DNA from: Arenimonas sp.
GTDB lineage: Bacteria > Pseudomonadota > Alphaproteobacteria > Rhizobiales > Rhizobiaceae
Direction: 5' to 3'
Length of the DNA stretch: 64,000 nucleotides
Assembly (NCBI GenBank): GCA_019459145.1
Contig: JAIBEK010000060.1
Location: forward strand, 34,759 to 98,758
Position 1 is the stretch's first letter. Each line of letters begins with the position of its first letter. The position numbers and the translations under genes were made by a program. Under the pieces are notes generated by a model. The model ran no database searches and was not told where the DNA came from. It worked only from the letters and a program-made list of their open reading frames with translations. Of this stretch, positions 8,347-16,965 are shown in pieces.

Positions 8347-11300
8347 ATGGCAGCACGCCAACGCATCATCCCGGTCCGGCGCGAATACAATCGCTGGGTC
8401 GCCGACCAGACGCTCGAAGACTATGCGCTGCGCTTCACCGCCAAGAGCGCGCGGCAGTTTTCCTCGAGCCGGATCTCCCAGACGGCGATCGGGGCGATCT
8501 CCTTTCTCGCGCTCGAGGCCATCGGTGGCACGATCACGCTGTCTTACGGCACCACCAACGCCTTTTTCGCCATCGTTGCCGCCGCCGTACTGATGCTGCT
8601 CGTCGGCCTGCCGATCAGCCGCTATGCGATCCGCCACGGCGTCGACATCGACCTCCTGACCCGCGGCGCCGGCTTCGGCTATATCGGCTCGACGGTGACC
8701 TCGCTGATCTATGCGAGCTTCACCTTCATGCTGTTTGCGATCGAGGCGTCGATCATGACCGGCGCGCTGGAGCTCGCCTTCGGCATTCCGCTGTGGATCG
8801 GCTACATCATTTCGGCGCTGGTGGTGATCCCGCTGGTCACCTACGGCGTGCGGCTGATCTCGAAATTCCAGTTGTGGACCCAGCCGTTCTGGATCGTGCT
8901 CAACATTCTGCCCTTCATCTTCATCGCCTTTCTCGACTGGGAAAAGATCGACCTCTGGCGCTCCTTTGCCGGCATCGGCCATTCCAATGCCGAGGTCGGC
9001 GGAGCGGCCCCCTTCAACCTGATCGAGTTCGGAGCGGCCTCCGCCGTCATCCTCGCGCTGATGCCGCAGATTGGCGAGCAGGTGGACTTCCTGCGCTTCC
9101 TGCCGCCCGAGGGGGGGCGAAAGCTGCACCATCGCATTGCCGTCTTCCTCGCCGGCTCCGGCTGGGTCGTACTCGGCGTGCCCAAGCTGCTCGCCGGCTC
9201 CTTTCTCGCGGTGCTGACGCTGTCGACCGGGGCTCCGGCGAGCGAGGCCGCCGATCCGGCCCATATGTATCTCGCAGCCTTCGGCTACATGATCCCGAAC
9301 GAGACGGCCGCCATGCTGCTGATGGCCTGCTTCGTGGTGATCTCGCAGTTGAAGATCAACGTGATGAACGCTTATGCCGGCTCGCTCGCCTGGTCGAACT
9401 TCTTCTCGCGGCTGACCCACAGCCATCCCGGCCGCGTCGTCTGGCTGGTGTTCAACGTGGCGATCGCCCTTCTGCTGATGGAGCTCGGCATCTACCGGTT
9501 GCTCGAGGAAACGCTCGGCATCTTCTCGATCATCGCCATGGCCTGGCTCTGCGCGATCTCCGCCGACCTCTTCATCAACAAGCCGCTGGGGCTTGCCCCG
9601 CCCGGCATCGAGTTCAAGCGCGCCCATCTCTACGACATCAACCCGGTCGGCTGCGGTACCCTGTTCTTGTCCGCCGGCATCGCCCTTGCCGCCCATTTCG
9701 GGCTGTTCGGTGCCCTCGCCGCCTCGCTCTCGACCTTCGTGACCCTGATCGCCTTCGTGATTTCGCCGCTGATCGCCTGGGCGACCGGCGGCAGGTTCTA
9801 CCTGGCGCGCAAACCCCGCCACAGCTGGAAGAACCTCACCGCGATCACCTGCTCGATCTGCGAACACCCGTTCGAGCCGGAGGACATGGCCTGGTGCCCG
9901 GCCTATGCCGCGCCGATCTGCTCGCTGTGCTGCTCGCTCGACAGCCGCTGCCACGACATGTGCAAGCCGCACGCCCGGCTCAACGCCCAGGCGACGTTCG
10001 TCGCCGCCCGCTTCCTGCCCGAACCGGCGCTGGCATGGCTCTCCACACGGCTCGGCCGCTATGCCTTGACCGCGCTCGTCGCCGTGTCGCTGATCGGCGC
10101 GATCCTCGCCCTCATCGCCCACCAGGTCTCCACCGCCTCGCCGGAGACGGCCGACGTGGTCAACCGCACGGTGCTGATCGTCTTCATCGTCTCGGCCGTG
10201 ATCTCCGGCGTGGCGAGCTGGTTCTACGTGCTCGCCCATGACAGCCGCGTGGTGGCGGAAGAGGAATCCTCGCGCCAGAACACACTGCTGCTCAAGGAGA
10301 TCGCCGCCCACCGCAAGACCGACGCGGCGCTGCAGACGGCCAAGGAAACGGCGGAGGCCGCCAACCGGGCGAAGAGCCGCTATGTCGTCGGCCTGTCCCA
10401 CGAACTGCGCACTCCGCTCAATGCCGTTCTTGGCTATGCGCAGATCCTCGAGCGCGACGAGACGATCCCGCCCGCCCGCCAGTCGGCGATCAGGGTCATC
10501 CGCCGCTCGGCCGACCATCTCTCCGGGCTGATCGACGGGCTGCTCGACATTTCCAAGATCGAGGCGGGCCGGCTTCAGGTCTTTTCCAACGAGCTGAACA
10601 TCCAGGATTTCCTCGATCAGCTCGTCGACATGTTCGCCCCCCTCGCCGCCGCCAAGGGCCTCACCTTCGAGCACGAGCGGTCGCGCGCCCTGCCGCTCTA
10701 TGTCCGCACCGACGAGAAACGCCTGCGCCAGATCCTCGTCAATCTTCTGTCCAACGCCATCAAGTTCACCGACCGGGGCACGGTGCGCTTCGAGGTCGGC
10801 TATCGCAGCCAGGTAGCGACCTTCACGATCACCGATACCGGCCGCGGTATTTCGGAGAGAGACCTCAAGCGCATTTACGAGCCGTTCCAGCGCGGCGAGG
10901 CGGACAATATCCGCCCCATGCCCGGCCTCGGCCTCGGGCTGACCATCACCAAGCTTCTGACCAACACGCTGGGCGGCGAGATTGCCGTCGACAGCGAAAA
11001 GGACAAGGGCTCGAGCTTCAGGGTCCGGCTGATGCTCTCGGCGATCGACCGCCCGAGCACGGCCCCGGCGCCGGAGCGCAGGATCGTCTCCTATACCGGC
11101 CCGCGCCGCACGATCGTCGTCGTCGACGACAATGAAGACCATCGCGACCTGATGCGCGAGGTGCTCGCCCCCCTCGACTTCGTCGTGCTGACGGCTGCCG
11201 GCGGGCCGGAATGCCTGACGCTGATCGAAGGGGGCAGGCCCGATCTCTTCCTCGTCGACATCCAGATGCCCGGCATGAACGGCTGGCAACTGGTCGAGAG

Positions 11301-11736
11301 GCTGCGGGATGCCCGCCAAACCGCCCCCATCCTCATGCTGTCGGCCAATATCGGCGACGCGCCCGGCCCCGGCGGCGAGGGCCACGACGATACGATCGCC
11401 AAGCCGGTCGACGTGCGCCGCCTGCGCGACAAGCTCGCCCGATATCTCGGCCTCGACTGGATCTATGCCGACGAGCAGCCGGGCACGGCAGAGGTCTTGC
11501 CGGCGACCGACAAGTCCCCCGGCTCGCCGGGTCGGGCGCACATCGCCGAACTCACCCGTCTGAGCGAGATCGGCTATGTGCGCGGCATCGAGGCCAAGCT
11601 TGCGGACCTGTCGAAAATCGGAAAGAACAGCGCCTTCGTCGACGCCTCGCGCGGTTTCGTCCAGGCCTTCGACCTGGCCGGCTTCGCCGCCTTCCTGAAG
11701 GATGTCGACGCCCGGGAGGTGAATAACCATGACTGA
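8347..11736 (+). CDS. Hybrid sensor histidine kinase/response regulator with N-terminal NCS1 (purine-cytosine permease-like) 12-TM domain, Cys-rich insert, two extra TM helices, HisKA-HATPase, receiver and possible HPt-like tail
   Basis: 1129-aa ORF. The first ~480 aa resemble CodB/Mhp1-type permeases (KSARQFS.., HGVDIDLLTRGAGFGYIGS, QIGEQVDFLRFLP). 8-Cys cluster at aa 502-539. SHELRTPLN (H-box). DTGRGI..GLGLGLTI (G-boxes). Receiver VVVDDNEDH..FLVDIQMPGMNG..IAKP. C-terminal RAHIAELTRLSEIG. Confidence 0.85.
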   Translation: MAARQRIIPVRREYNRWVADQTLEDYALRFTAKSARQFSSSRISQTAIGAISFLALEAIGGTITLSYGTTNAFFAIVAAAVLMLLVGLPISRYAIRHGVDIDLLTRGAGFGYIGSTVTSLIYASFTFMLFAIEASIMTGALELAFGIPLWIGYIISALVVIPLVTYGVRLISKFQLWTQPFWIVLNILPFIFIAFLDWEKIDLWRSFAGIGHSNAEVGGAAPFNLIEFGAASAVILALMPQIGEQVDFLRFLPPEGGRKLHHRIAVFLAGSGWVVLGVPKLLAGSFLAVLTLSTGAPASEAADPAHMYLAAFGYMIPNETAAMLLMACFVVISQLKINVMNAYAGSLAWSNFFSRLTHSHPGRVVWLVFNVAIALLLMELGIYRLLEETLGIFSIIAMAWLCAISADLFINKPLGLAPPGIEFKRAHLYDINPVGCGTLFLSAGIALAAHFGLFGALAASLSTFVTLIAFVISPLIAWATGGRFYLARKPRHSWKNLTAITCSICEHPFEPEDMAWCPAYAAPICSLCCSLDSRCHDMCKPHARLNAQATFVAARFLPEPALAWLSTRLGRYALTALVAVSLIGAILALIAHQVSTASPETADVVNRTVLIVFIVSAVISGVASWFYVLAHDSRVVAEEESSRQNTLLLKEIAAHRKTDAALQTAKETAEAANRAKSRYVVGLSHELRTPLNAVLGYAQILERDETIPPARQSAIRVIRRSADHLSGLIDGLLDISKIEAGRLQVFSNELNIQDFLDQLVDMFAPLAAAKGLTFEHERSRALPLYVRTDEKRLRQILVNLLSNAIKFTDRGTVRFEVGYRSQVATFTITDTGRGISERDLKRIYEPFQRGEADNIRPMPGLGLGLTITKLLTNTLGGEIAVDSEKDKGSSFRVRLMLSAIDRPSTAPAPERRIVSYTGPRRTIVVVDDNEDHRDLMREVLAPLDFVVLTAAGGPECLTLIEGGRPDLFLVDIQMPGMNGWQLVERLRDARQTAPILMLSANIGDAPGPGGEGHDDTIAKPVDVRRLRDKLARYLGLDWIYADEQPGTAEVLPATDKSPGSPGRAHIAELTRLSEIGYVRGIEAKLADLSKIGKNSAFVDASRGFVQAFDLAGFAAFLKDVDAREVNNHD

Positions 11737-12652
11737 GGCGAGCCGCCCGCGCGACATCGTGCTTTTGGTCGATGACAGTCCCGAGGCGCTCGGCTTCCTC
11801 ACCGACGCGCTGGAACAGTCCGGCTTCTCGGTGCTGATCGCCACCTCCGGCCAGGCGGCCCTTTCGATCGTCGACAAGATCAGCCCGGACCTCATCCTGC
11901 TCGACGCGGTGATGCCGGGCATGGACGGTTTCGAGACCTGCCGCCGGCTCAAGGCCGATCCGGTCGTCACCCAGGTGCCGGTGATCTTCATGACCGGCCT
12001 CACCGAGACGGAGCATGTGGTCCATGCGCTCGATTCCGGTGGGGTCGACTACCTGACGAAGCCGATCAACATCGACGAGCTGCGCGCCCGCATTCGTGTC
12101 CACCTGTCGAATGCCCGCTCGGCCCAGAGCGCCCGCGTGGCGCTCGATGCCGCGGGACGGCACCTGCTGGCGGTGCGCGCCAACGGCACGATCCACTGGT
12201 CGACGCCGCAGGCAACCCGGCTGGCCGACAGCGCGACCAAAAGCGCGGACGGGCTCGACCTGGTCGCCGGCGCCATTGCCGGCTGGATGGCGAGGCGCGA
12301 AAGCCTTGCGGGCACAGCCGACGCCTCCTTCTCCTTCACCCAGGACGGCGGCACCGAACTGCTGCTCGGCTTTCTCGGCGGGCTCGGTCCGGACGAATAT
12401 CTGTTCCGCCTGACGGTCGCCAACCGTCGGCACGAGGACGAGATCCTGCGCGGTCAGTTCGGCCTGACCCAGCGCGAAGCCGAAGTGCTGCTGTGGATCG
12501 CCAAGGGCAAGGCCAACCGCGACATCGCCGATATTCTGGGGCTCTCCTCCAGAACCGTGAACAAGCACCTGGAGCAGATCTATGTGAAGCTCGGTGTGGA
12601 AAACCGGGCATCGGCCGCCGTCAAGGCGGCGCATGTGCTGCATGTGGATTAG
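11729..12652 (+). CDS. Response regulator: receiver + uncharacterised central domain + LuxR/FixJ-type HTH (CrbR/ErdR-like layout)
   Basis: 307-aa ORF. LLVDDSPEAL..ILLDAVMPGMDGFE..LTKP (receiver). C-terminal LTQREAEVLLWIAKGKANRDIADILGLSSRTVNKHLEQIYVKLGV (LuxR HTH). Its ATG at 11729 overlaps the kinase stop by 8 nt. Confidence 0.85.
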   Translation: MTEASRPRDIVLLVDDSPEALGFLTDALEQSGFSVLIATSGQAALSIVDKISPDLILLDAVMPGMDGFETCRRLKADPVVTQVPVIFMTGLTETEHVVHALDSGGVDYLTKPINIDELRARIRVHLSNARSAQSARVALDAAGRHLLAVRANGTIHWSTPQATRLADSATKSADGLDLVAGAIAGWMARRESLAGTADASFSFTQDGGTELLLGFLGGLGPDEYLFRLTVANRRHEDEILRGQFGLTQREAEVLLWIAKGKANRDIADILGLSSRTVNKHLEQIYVKLGVENRASAAVKAAHVLHVD

Positions 12653-12654
12653 GG

Positions 12655-12790
12655 GCGAGAGCGGATCTGCCCCTCATCCGCCTGCCGGCACCTTCTCCCC
12701 GTAAAACGGGGAGAAGGAACAAGCGGCACCGCCGTGGCTGTCCCCTCTCCCCGCCTGCGGGGAGAGGGTCAGGGTGAGGGGCAATGTTCT
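12655..12790. repeat. RIME/REP-like intergenic hairpin repeat cluster
   Basis: CCTTCTCCCCGTAAAACGGGGAGAAGG and CCCTCTCCCCGCCTGCGGGGAGAGGG hairpins. 12669..12716 matches 3407..3454 almost base for base. Lies between two convergent genes. Confidence 0.75.
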
Positions 12791-12809
12791 TCGATCGTCG
12801 GCAGCTAGG

Positions 12810-14456
12810 CTACAGCGCCCTCGCCTTCTCGCGCAGCACGTATTTCTGGATCTTGCCCGTCGAGGTCTTCGGCAGGGCGCCGAACACCACGGTCTTCGGC
12901 GCCTTGAAATGCGCCATGTTGGCCCGGCAAAACGCGATCAATTCCTGCTCCGTCACCGTCGCGCCGGGTTTCAGCCCGACAAAGGCGCACGGCGTCTCGC
13001 CCCATTTCTCGTCGGGCCTGGCGACGATCGCCGCCTCCATCACCGCCGGATGGCGGTAGAGCACGCCCTCGACCTCGATCGAGGAAATGTTCTCGCCGCC
13101 GGAGATGATGATGTCCTTGGAGCGGTCCTTGATCTCGATATAGCCGTCCGGATGGCAGACCGCGAGGTCGCCGGAGTGGAACCAGCCGCCGGAAAACGCC
13201 TTGGCCGAGGAGGACGGGTTCTTCAGGTAGCCGCGCATGACATTATTGCCGCTGAAGAAGATCTCGCCCATGGTCTCGCCGTCGCGCGGCACCGGCTCCA
13301 GCGTTTCCGGATCGGCGACCATCAGCCCGTCGAGCACCGAATAGCGCACGCCCTGACGGGCCTTCAGCCGGGCCTTTTCCGAAATGTCGAGTTCGTTCCA
13401 CTCGTCGTGCCAGGCGCAGACCACGGCGGGGCCATAGGTTTCGGTCAGGCCATAGGTGTGGGTCACGTCGAAGCCGAGTTCCTCCATCGCCTGGATCACC
13501 GAAGCCGGCGGGGCGGCGCCCGCCGTCATCACGCTGACCTTGTGATCAATCCCGGCCTTCAACTCGTCCGGCGCATGGGCGATCAGGTTGAGCACGATCG
13601 GCGCGCCGCAGAAATGCGTCACCCCCTCGCTCTTGATGAGATCGTAGATCGGCTCGACGCGCACCGCCCGCAGGCAGACGGACACGCCGGCGGCCGCCGC
13701 GATGGTCCAGGGAAAGCACCAGCCATTGCAATGGAACATCGGCAGCGTCCACAGATAGACCGGGTGGTTGGCCATGTTCCAGGTGAGGATGTTGCCGATT
13801 GCGTTCAGATAGGCGCCGCGGTGATGATAGACGACGCCCTTCGGATCACCGGTCGTGCCGGATGTGTAGTTGAGGCTGATGGCATCCCATTCGTCGGCCG
13901 GACGCTCCCACTTGAAGTCGGCATTGCCGTCCGCGAGCAGTTCGTCATAGGTAACCGCACCCAGTCGATCTCCGCCCTCGAAGCTCGGATCGACGATGTC
14001 GATCACCTCGATCGGCCGGCCGGCGATATGCACGGCACGCTCCACGACCTCGGCAAACTCCGGGTCGACGATCAGCAGGCGCGCCTCGCCGTGGTTGAGG
14101 ATGAAGGCGATCGCCTCCGCGTCGAGGCGTGTATTGATGGCGTTGAGCACCGCGCCGGCCATCGGCACGGCGAAATGGCACTCGAACATTTCCGGTATGT
14201 TGGCGGCGATCACCGCGACGGTGTCGCCCTTTCCGATGCCGCGCCGGGCAAGCGCGCTCGCCAGACGCCGGACCCGGTCATAGGTTTGCGCCCAGTTGCG
14301 CCTGACCTCGCCATAGACCACCGCCGGGCGCCCCGGATAGACGGCGGCGGCGCGCTCGATGAAGCTCAGCGGCGTCATCTGGGAAAAGTTCGCGGCGTTC
14401 TTGTCGAGTTCGCGATCGTAGATGCCGTCGCCGGACGTCGTCACAGGGCCTTGCAT
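12810..14456 (-). CDS. AMP-forming acyl-CoA synthetase (short/medium-chain acid-CoA ligase family)
   Basis: The track ORF is 12810..14510. The likely start is MQGPVTTSG at ATG 14456. AMP-binding motifs YTSGTTGDPKGVVY, THTYGLTETYG and GWFHSGDLAV..DRSKDIIISGGENISS. Confidence 0.85.
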   Translation of the reverse strand: MQGPVTTSGDGIYDRELDKNAANFSQMTPLSFIERAAAVYPGRPAVVYGEVRRNWAQTYDRVRRLASALARRGIGKGDTVAVIAANIPEMFECHFAVPMAGAVLNAINTRLDAEAIAFILNHGEARLLIVDPEFAEVVERAVHIAGRPIEVIDIVDPSFEGGDRLGAVTYDELLADGNADFKWERPADEWDAISLNYTSGTTGDPKGVVYHHRGAYLNAIGNILTWNMANHPVYLWTLPMFHCNGWCFPWTIAAAAGVSVCLRAVRVEPIYDLIKSEGVTHFCGAPIVLNLIAHAPDELKAGIDHKVSVMTAGAAPPASVIQAMEELGFDVTHTYGLTETYGPAVVCAWHDEWNELDISEKARLKARQGVRYSVLDGLMVADPETLEPVPRDGETMGEIFFSGNNVMRGYLKNPSSSAKAFSGGWFHSGDLAVCHPDGYIEIKDRSKDIIISGGENISSIEVEGVLYRHPAVMEAAIVARPDEKWGETPCAFVGLKPGATVTEQELIAFCRANMAHFKAPKTVVFGALPKTSTGKIQKYVLREKARAL

Positions 14457-14550
14457 GTTCGTTGAGCCTCCCACTCCAGTCGAGCGGGCAGTATTACCGA
14501 AACGGCGCAACCTGCAACATCATCCCTTCGCCTAAAGCGATTGGGCTCCG

Positions 14551-14580
14551 AAACGAGAAAGCCCGGCACGAGGCCGGGCT
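14551..14580 (-). terminator. Rho-independent terminator downstream of braC
   Basis: AGCCCGGC-acgag-GCCGGGCT stem-loop. On the minus strand it is followed by TTTCTCGTTT. Located 25 nt after the braC stop. Confidence 0.6.
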
Positions 14581-14604
14581 TCCCACTCAATGACAGGCAG
14601 TCGC

Positions 14605-15723
14605 TCAGATGCCCTGCTGGAAGTAGCTATACTTGCCGTCTTCGCCCTTCTTCCACTCGTACATGACGTAGCCGGGAAGCTTCGGGTCGCCCTTTTCGTC
14701 AAAGCCCATATCGCCCAGAGCGGTAGCGAAGGTGTTGGCCTTCATCGCTTCACCCACGGCTTCCGGTTCGTTCGAGCCAGCCTTCTTGGCGGCTTCGGCG
14801 ATGACCTGCATGGCAGCGTAGGAGTACAGGGTGTAGGCTTCCGGCTCGAAGCCCGACGCGCGGAACTTCTCAACAAGTTCCTTGTTCTGCGGTGCCAGGC
14901 GCGGGTCCGGGCCGAAGGTGTTGAGCGTGCCTTCAACGGCATCGCCGGCGATCGAGGCCAGTTCGTTGGAAACGATACCGTCGCCCGAAACGAGCTTGGC
15001 CTTCAGGCCCTGGTCAGATGCCTGACGAATGATCAGGCCAGCTTCGGTGTGGAGACCGCCCCAGTAGATGACCGAAACGCCGGCTTCCTTCATCTTGGCG
15101 ATGAGGGCCGAGAAGTCCTTGTCGCCGGCATTGACGCCTTCGTAGACCACTTCCGTCAGACCAGCCGCATTCATGGCCTTCTTGGTTTCGTCGGCAAGGC
15201 CCTGGCCGTACGGGGTCTTGTCGTGAACGACAGCAATCTTGGCGTCCTTGAAATTGTCGGCGAGATACTTGCCCGCGATACCGCCCTGTGCGTCGTCACG
15301 ACCGCAGGTGCGGAAGGTGTTCCACATGCCGCGTTCGGTGAAGACCGGGTTGGTCGAGGCCGGGGTGATCTGCAGGATGCCGTTCTCGGCATAGACTTCC
15401 GAAGCCGGGATCGAAACGCCCGAGTTGAAGTGGCCGACCACGAACTTGACACCGTCGGCGACGAACTTGTTCGCAACCGAAATGCCCTGCTTGGGGTCAG
15501 CGACGTCGTCACCCAGGACGATCTTGACCTGCTCGCCGTTGATGCCACCAGCCGCGTTGATGTCGGCAGCCGCCTGTTCAGCGCCCTTCTGGAGCTGCGC
15601 ACCGAAAGCAGCGTTCGGGCCGGTCAGCGGACCACCAACGCCGATCAGCAGATCCGCCCAAGCATTGCCGCCGAAGGCCATCACAGCCGTCAGCGCAACG
15701 GCCGAAAGAAGAGACTTCTTCAT
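14605..15723 (-). CDS. braC: Branched-chain/general amino-acid ABC transporter substrate-binding protein
   Basis: 372-aa ORF with signal peptide [23 protein letters not shown]. Leu/Ile/Val-binding protein family ([22 protein letters not shown]). Lies downstream of braDEFG, as in the Rhizobium bra locus. Confidence 0.9.
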   Translation of the reverse strand: MKKSLLSAVALTAVMAFGGNAWADLLIGVGGPLTGPNAAFGAQLQKGAEQAAADINAAGGINGEQVKIVLGDDVADPKQGISVANKFVADGVKFVVGHFNSGVSIPASEVYAENGILQITPASTNPVFTERGMWNTFRTCGRDDAQGGIAGKYLADNFKDAKIAVVHDKTPYGQGLADETKKAMNAAGLTEVVYEGVNAGDKDFSALIAKMKEAGVSVIYWGGLHTEAGLIIRQASDQGLKAKLVSGDGIVSNELASIAGDAVEGTLNTFGPDPRLAPQNKELVEKFRASGFEPEAYTLYSYAAMQVIAEAAKKAGSNEPEAVGEAMKANTFATALGDMGFDEKGDPKLPGYVMYEWKKGEDGKYSYFQQGI

Positions 15724-15863
15724 TTTGTTACTCCCAATTTTTTAGGCGGGTTAGGTTTCAAGAACCCTGCGCAATACCCACCATGACTGCGCCGGAAAAG
15801 CTGTTCCACTCTTATGAAAGCTCACGCTCTTGCCGCACATGTGAGGCAAGAAAAACGCGGCTG

Positions 15864-16217
15864 TCAATCTTTCTTCTTCCACGAAAAGGCCGAGGTCTTT
15901 TCGTATAGCCAATAATAGTTATCAACCATCTGGGTAGTCCGCCGCGAGCGATAGCCTGCGGTAGAAAAAGCAAGCAAAATCAACACATCCAAGCCATAAA
16001 GCAGGGGGCTGACAAACGGCCCCTGGAACAGCGAGTAGTGCAGGAAGCGCATGACCACGCCCAAAAGGAGGGTGTAGACGAGGACCGTCGGATAGGTCTG
16101 CCAGCCCTCTGCCACCGCCTTGCCGGTCCGCCATGCGGTCCAGAAGCCGAGCAGCAGAACCAGGAAGCGCAGAACCATGCGGACGCCGGTATCGCTTTCG
16201 AAAAACAAGCCTTGCAT
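15864..16217 (-). CDS. Small integral membrane protein of unknown function between braG and braC
   Basis: The likely start is MQGLFFESD (ATG 16217) within track ORF 15864..16268. Three predicted hydrophobic helices (VLRFLVLLLGFWTAW, VLVYTLLLGVVM, LDVLILLAFSTAGY). Same strand and tightly spaced with the bra genes. Confidence 0.55.
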   Translation of the reverse strand: MQGLFFESDTGVRMVLRFLVLLLGFWTAWRTGKAVAEGWQTYPTVLVYTLLLGVVMRFLHYSLFQGPFVSPLLYGLDVLILLAFSTAGYRSRRTTQMVDNYYWLYEKTSAFSWKKKD

Positions 16218-16236
16218 ATCTAATCCCCTTCCACCC

Positions 16237-16965
16237 TCAGTGGTGGCCGCCTTCGAGATAGGCCGCACGGACCGAAGGATCGGCGAGCAGTTCCTTGCCC
16301 GTCCCGCTCATGGTGACCTTGCCGTTGACCATGACATAGGCACGGTCGGAAAGCTTGAGCGCGGCAAAGGCGTTCTGCTCGACGAGGAAGACGGTGAGTC
16401 CCTCTTCCTTGTTGAGCTTCTTGATGGCCTCGAAGATGCCCTTGACGATCAGCGGCGCGAGACCGAGCGACGGCTCGTCGAGCAAGAGTAGCTTGGGGCG
16501 CGCCATCAACGCGCGGCCGATGGACAGCATCTGCTGCTCGCCGCCGGACAGCGTTCCGCCGCGCTGGGCATGGCGTTCCTTGAGGCGCGGGAAGAGCGTG
16601 TAGATCTTCTCGACGTCCTCATTGAAATATTTCAGGTTGTCGAGACCCGCCCCCATCTGGAGGTTCTCATAGACGGTCATGCGCGGAAAGATCCGACGAC
16701 CTTCGGGCGACTGGGCGATGCGACGGCGGGCGATCAGGTGGGTCGGCATCTTGGTGATGTCGGTGCCGTCGAAGGTGACCGTGCCGGCGCGCGCCTGCGG
16801 GCTGCCGCAGATGGTCATCATCAGCGTCGACTTGCCGGCGCCGTTGGCGCCGATCAGGCTGACGATCTCACCCTTGTGGACCTCGACGTCGACGCCGCCG
16901 AGCGCCCGGATGTTGCCGTAATAGGTCTCGACGCCCTGTACTTTGAGAAGCGGTTCGGAAGACAT
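16237..16965 (-). CDS. braG: Branched-chain amino-acid ABC transporter ATP-binding protein (LivF type)
   Basis: 242-aa ORF. GANGAGKST (Walker A), LSGGEQQMLSIGRAL (signature), LLLLDEPSLGLAP (Walker B). Its start overlaps the braF stop. Confidence 0.9.
   Translation of the reverse strand: MSSEPLLKVQGVETYYGNIRALGGVDVEVHKGEIVSLIGANGAGKSTLMMTICGSPQARAGTVTFDGTDITKMPTHLIARRRIAQSPEGRRIFPRMTVYENLQMGAGLDNLKYFNEDVEKIYTLFPRLKERHAQRGGTLSGGEQQMLSIGRALMARPKLLLLDEPSLGLAPLIVKGIFEAIKKLNKEEGLTVFLVEQNAFAALKLSDRAYVMVNGKVTMSGTGKELLADPSVRAAYLEGGHH

Noticed and set aside
8341-12003. 1220-aa ORF on the minus strand, the longest in the track
   Set aside because: It is entirely antisense to the well-supported kinase and regulator genes. 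Its composition is Arg/Gly/Ala/Asp-rich with no recognisable motifs. It is a typical high-GC antisense open frame.
12810-14456. Naming the acyl-CoA synthetase acs (acetyl-CoA synthetase), by analogy with CrbS/CrbR regulons
   Set aside because: At 548 aa it is shorter than canonical Acs and lacks the Acs N-terminal region. The motifs fit the broader short/medium-chain acid-CoA ligase family. The gene is convergent with the regulator, not in its operon.
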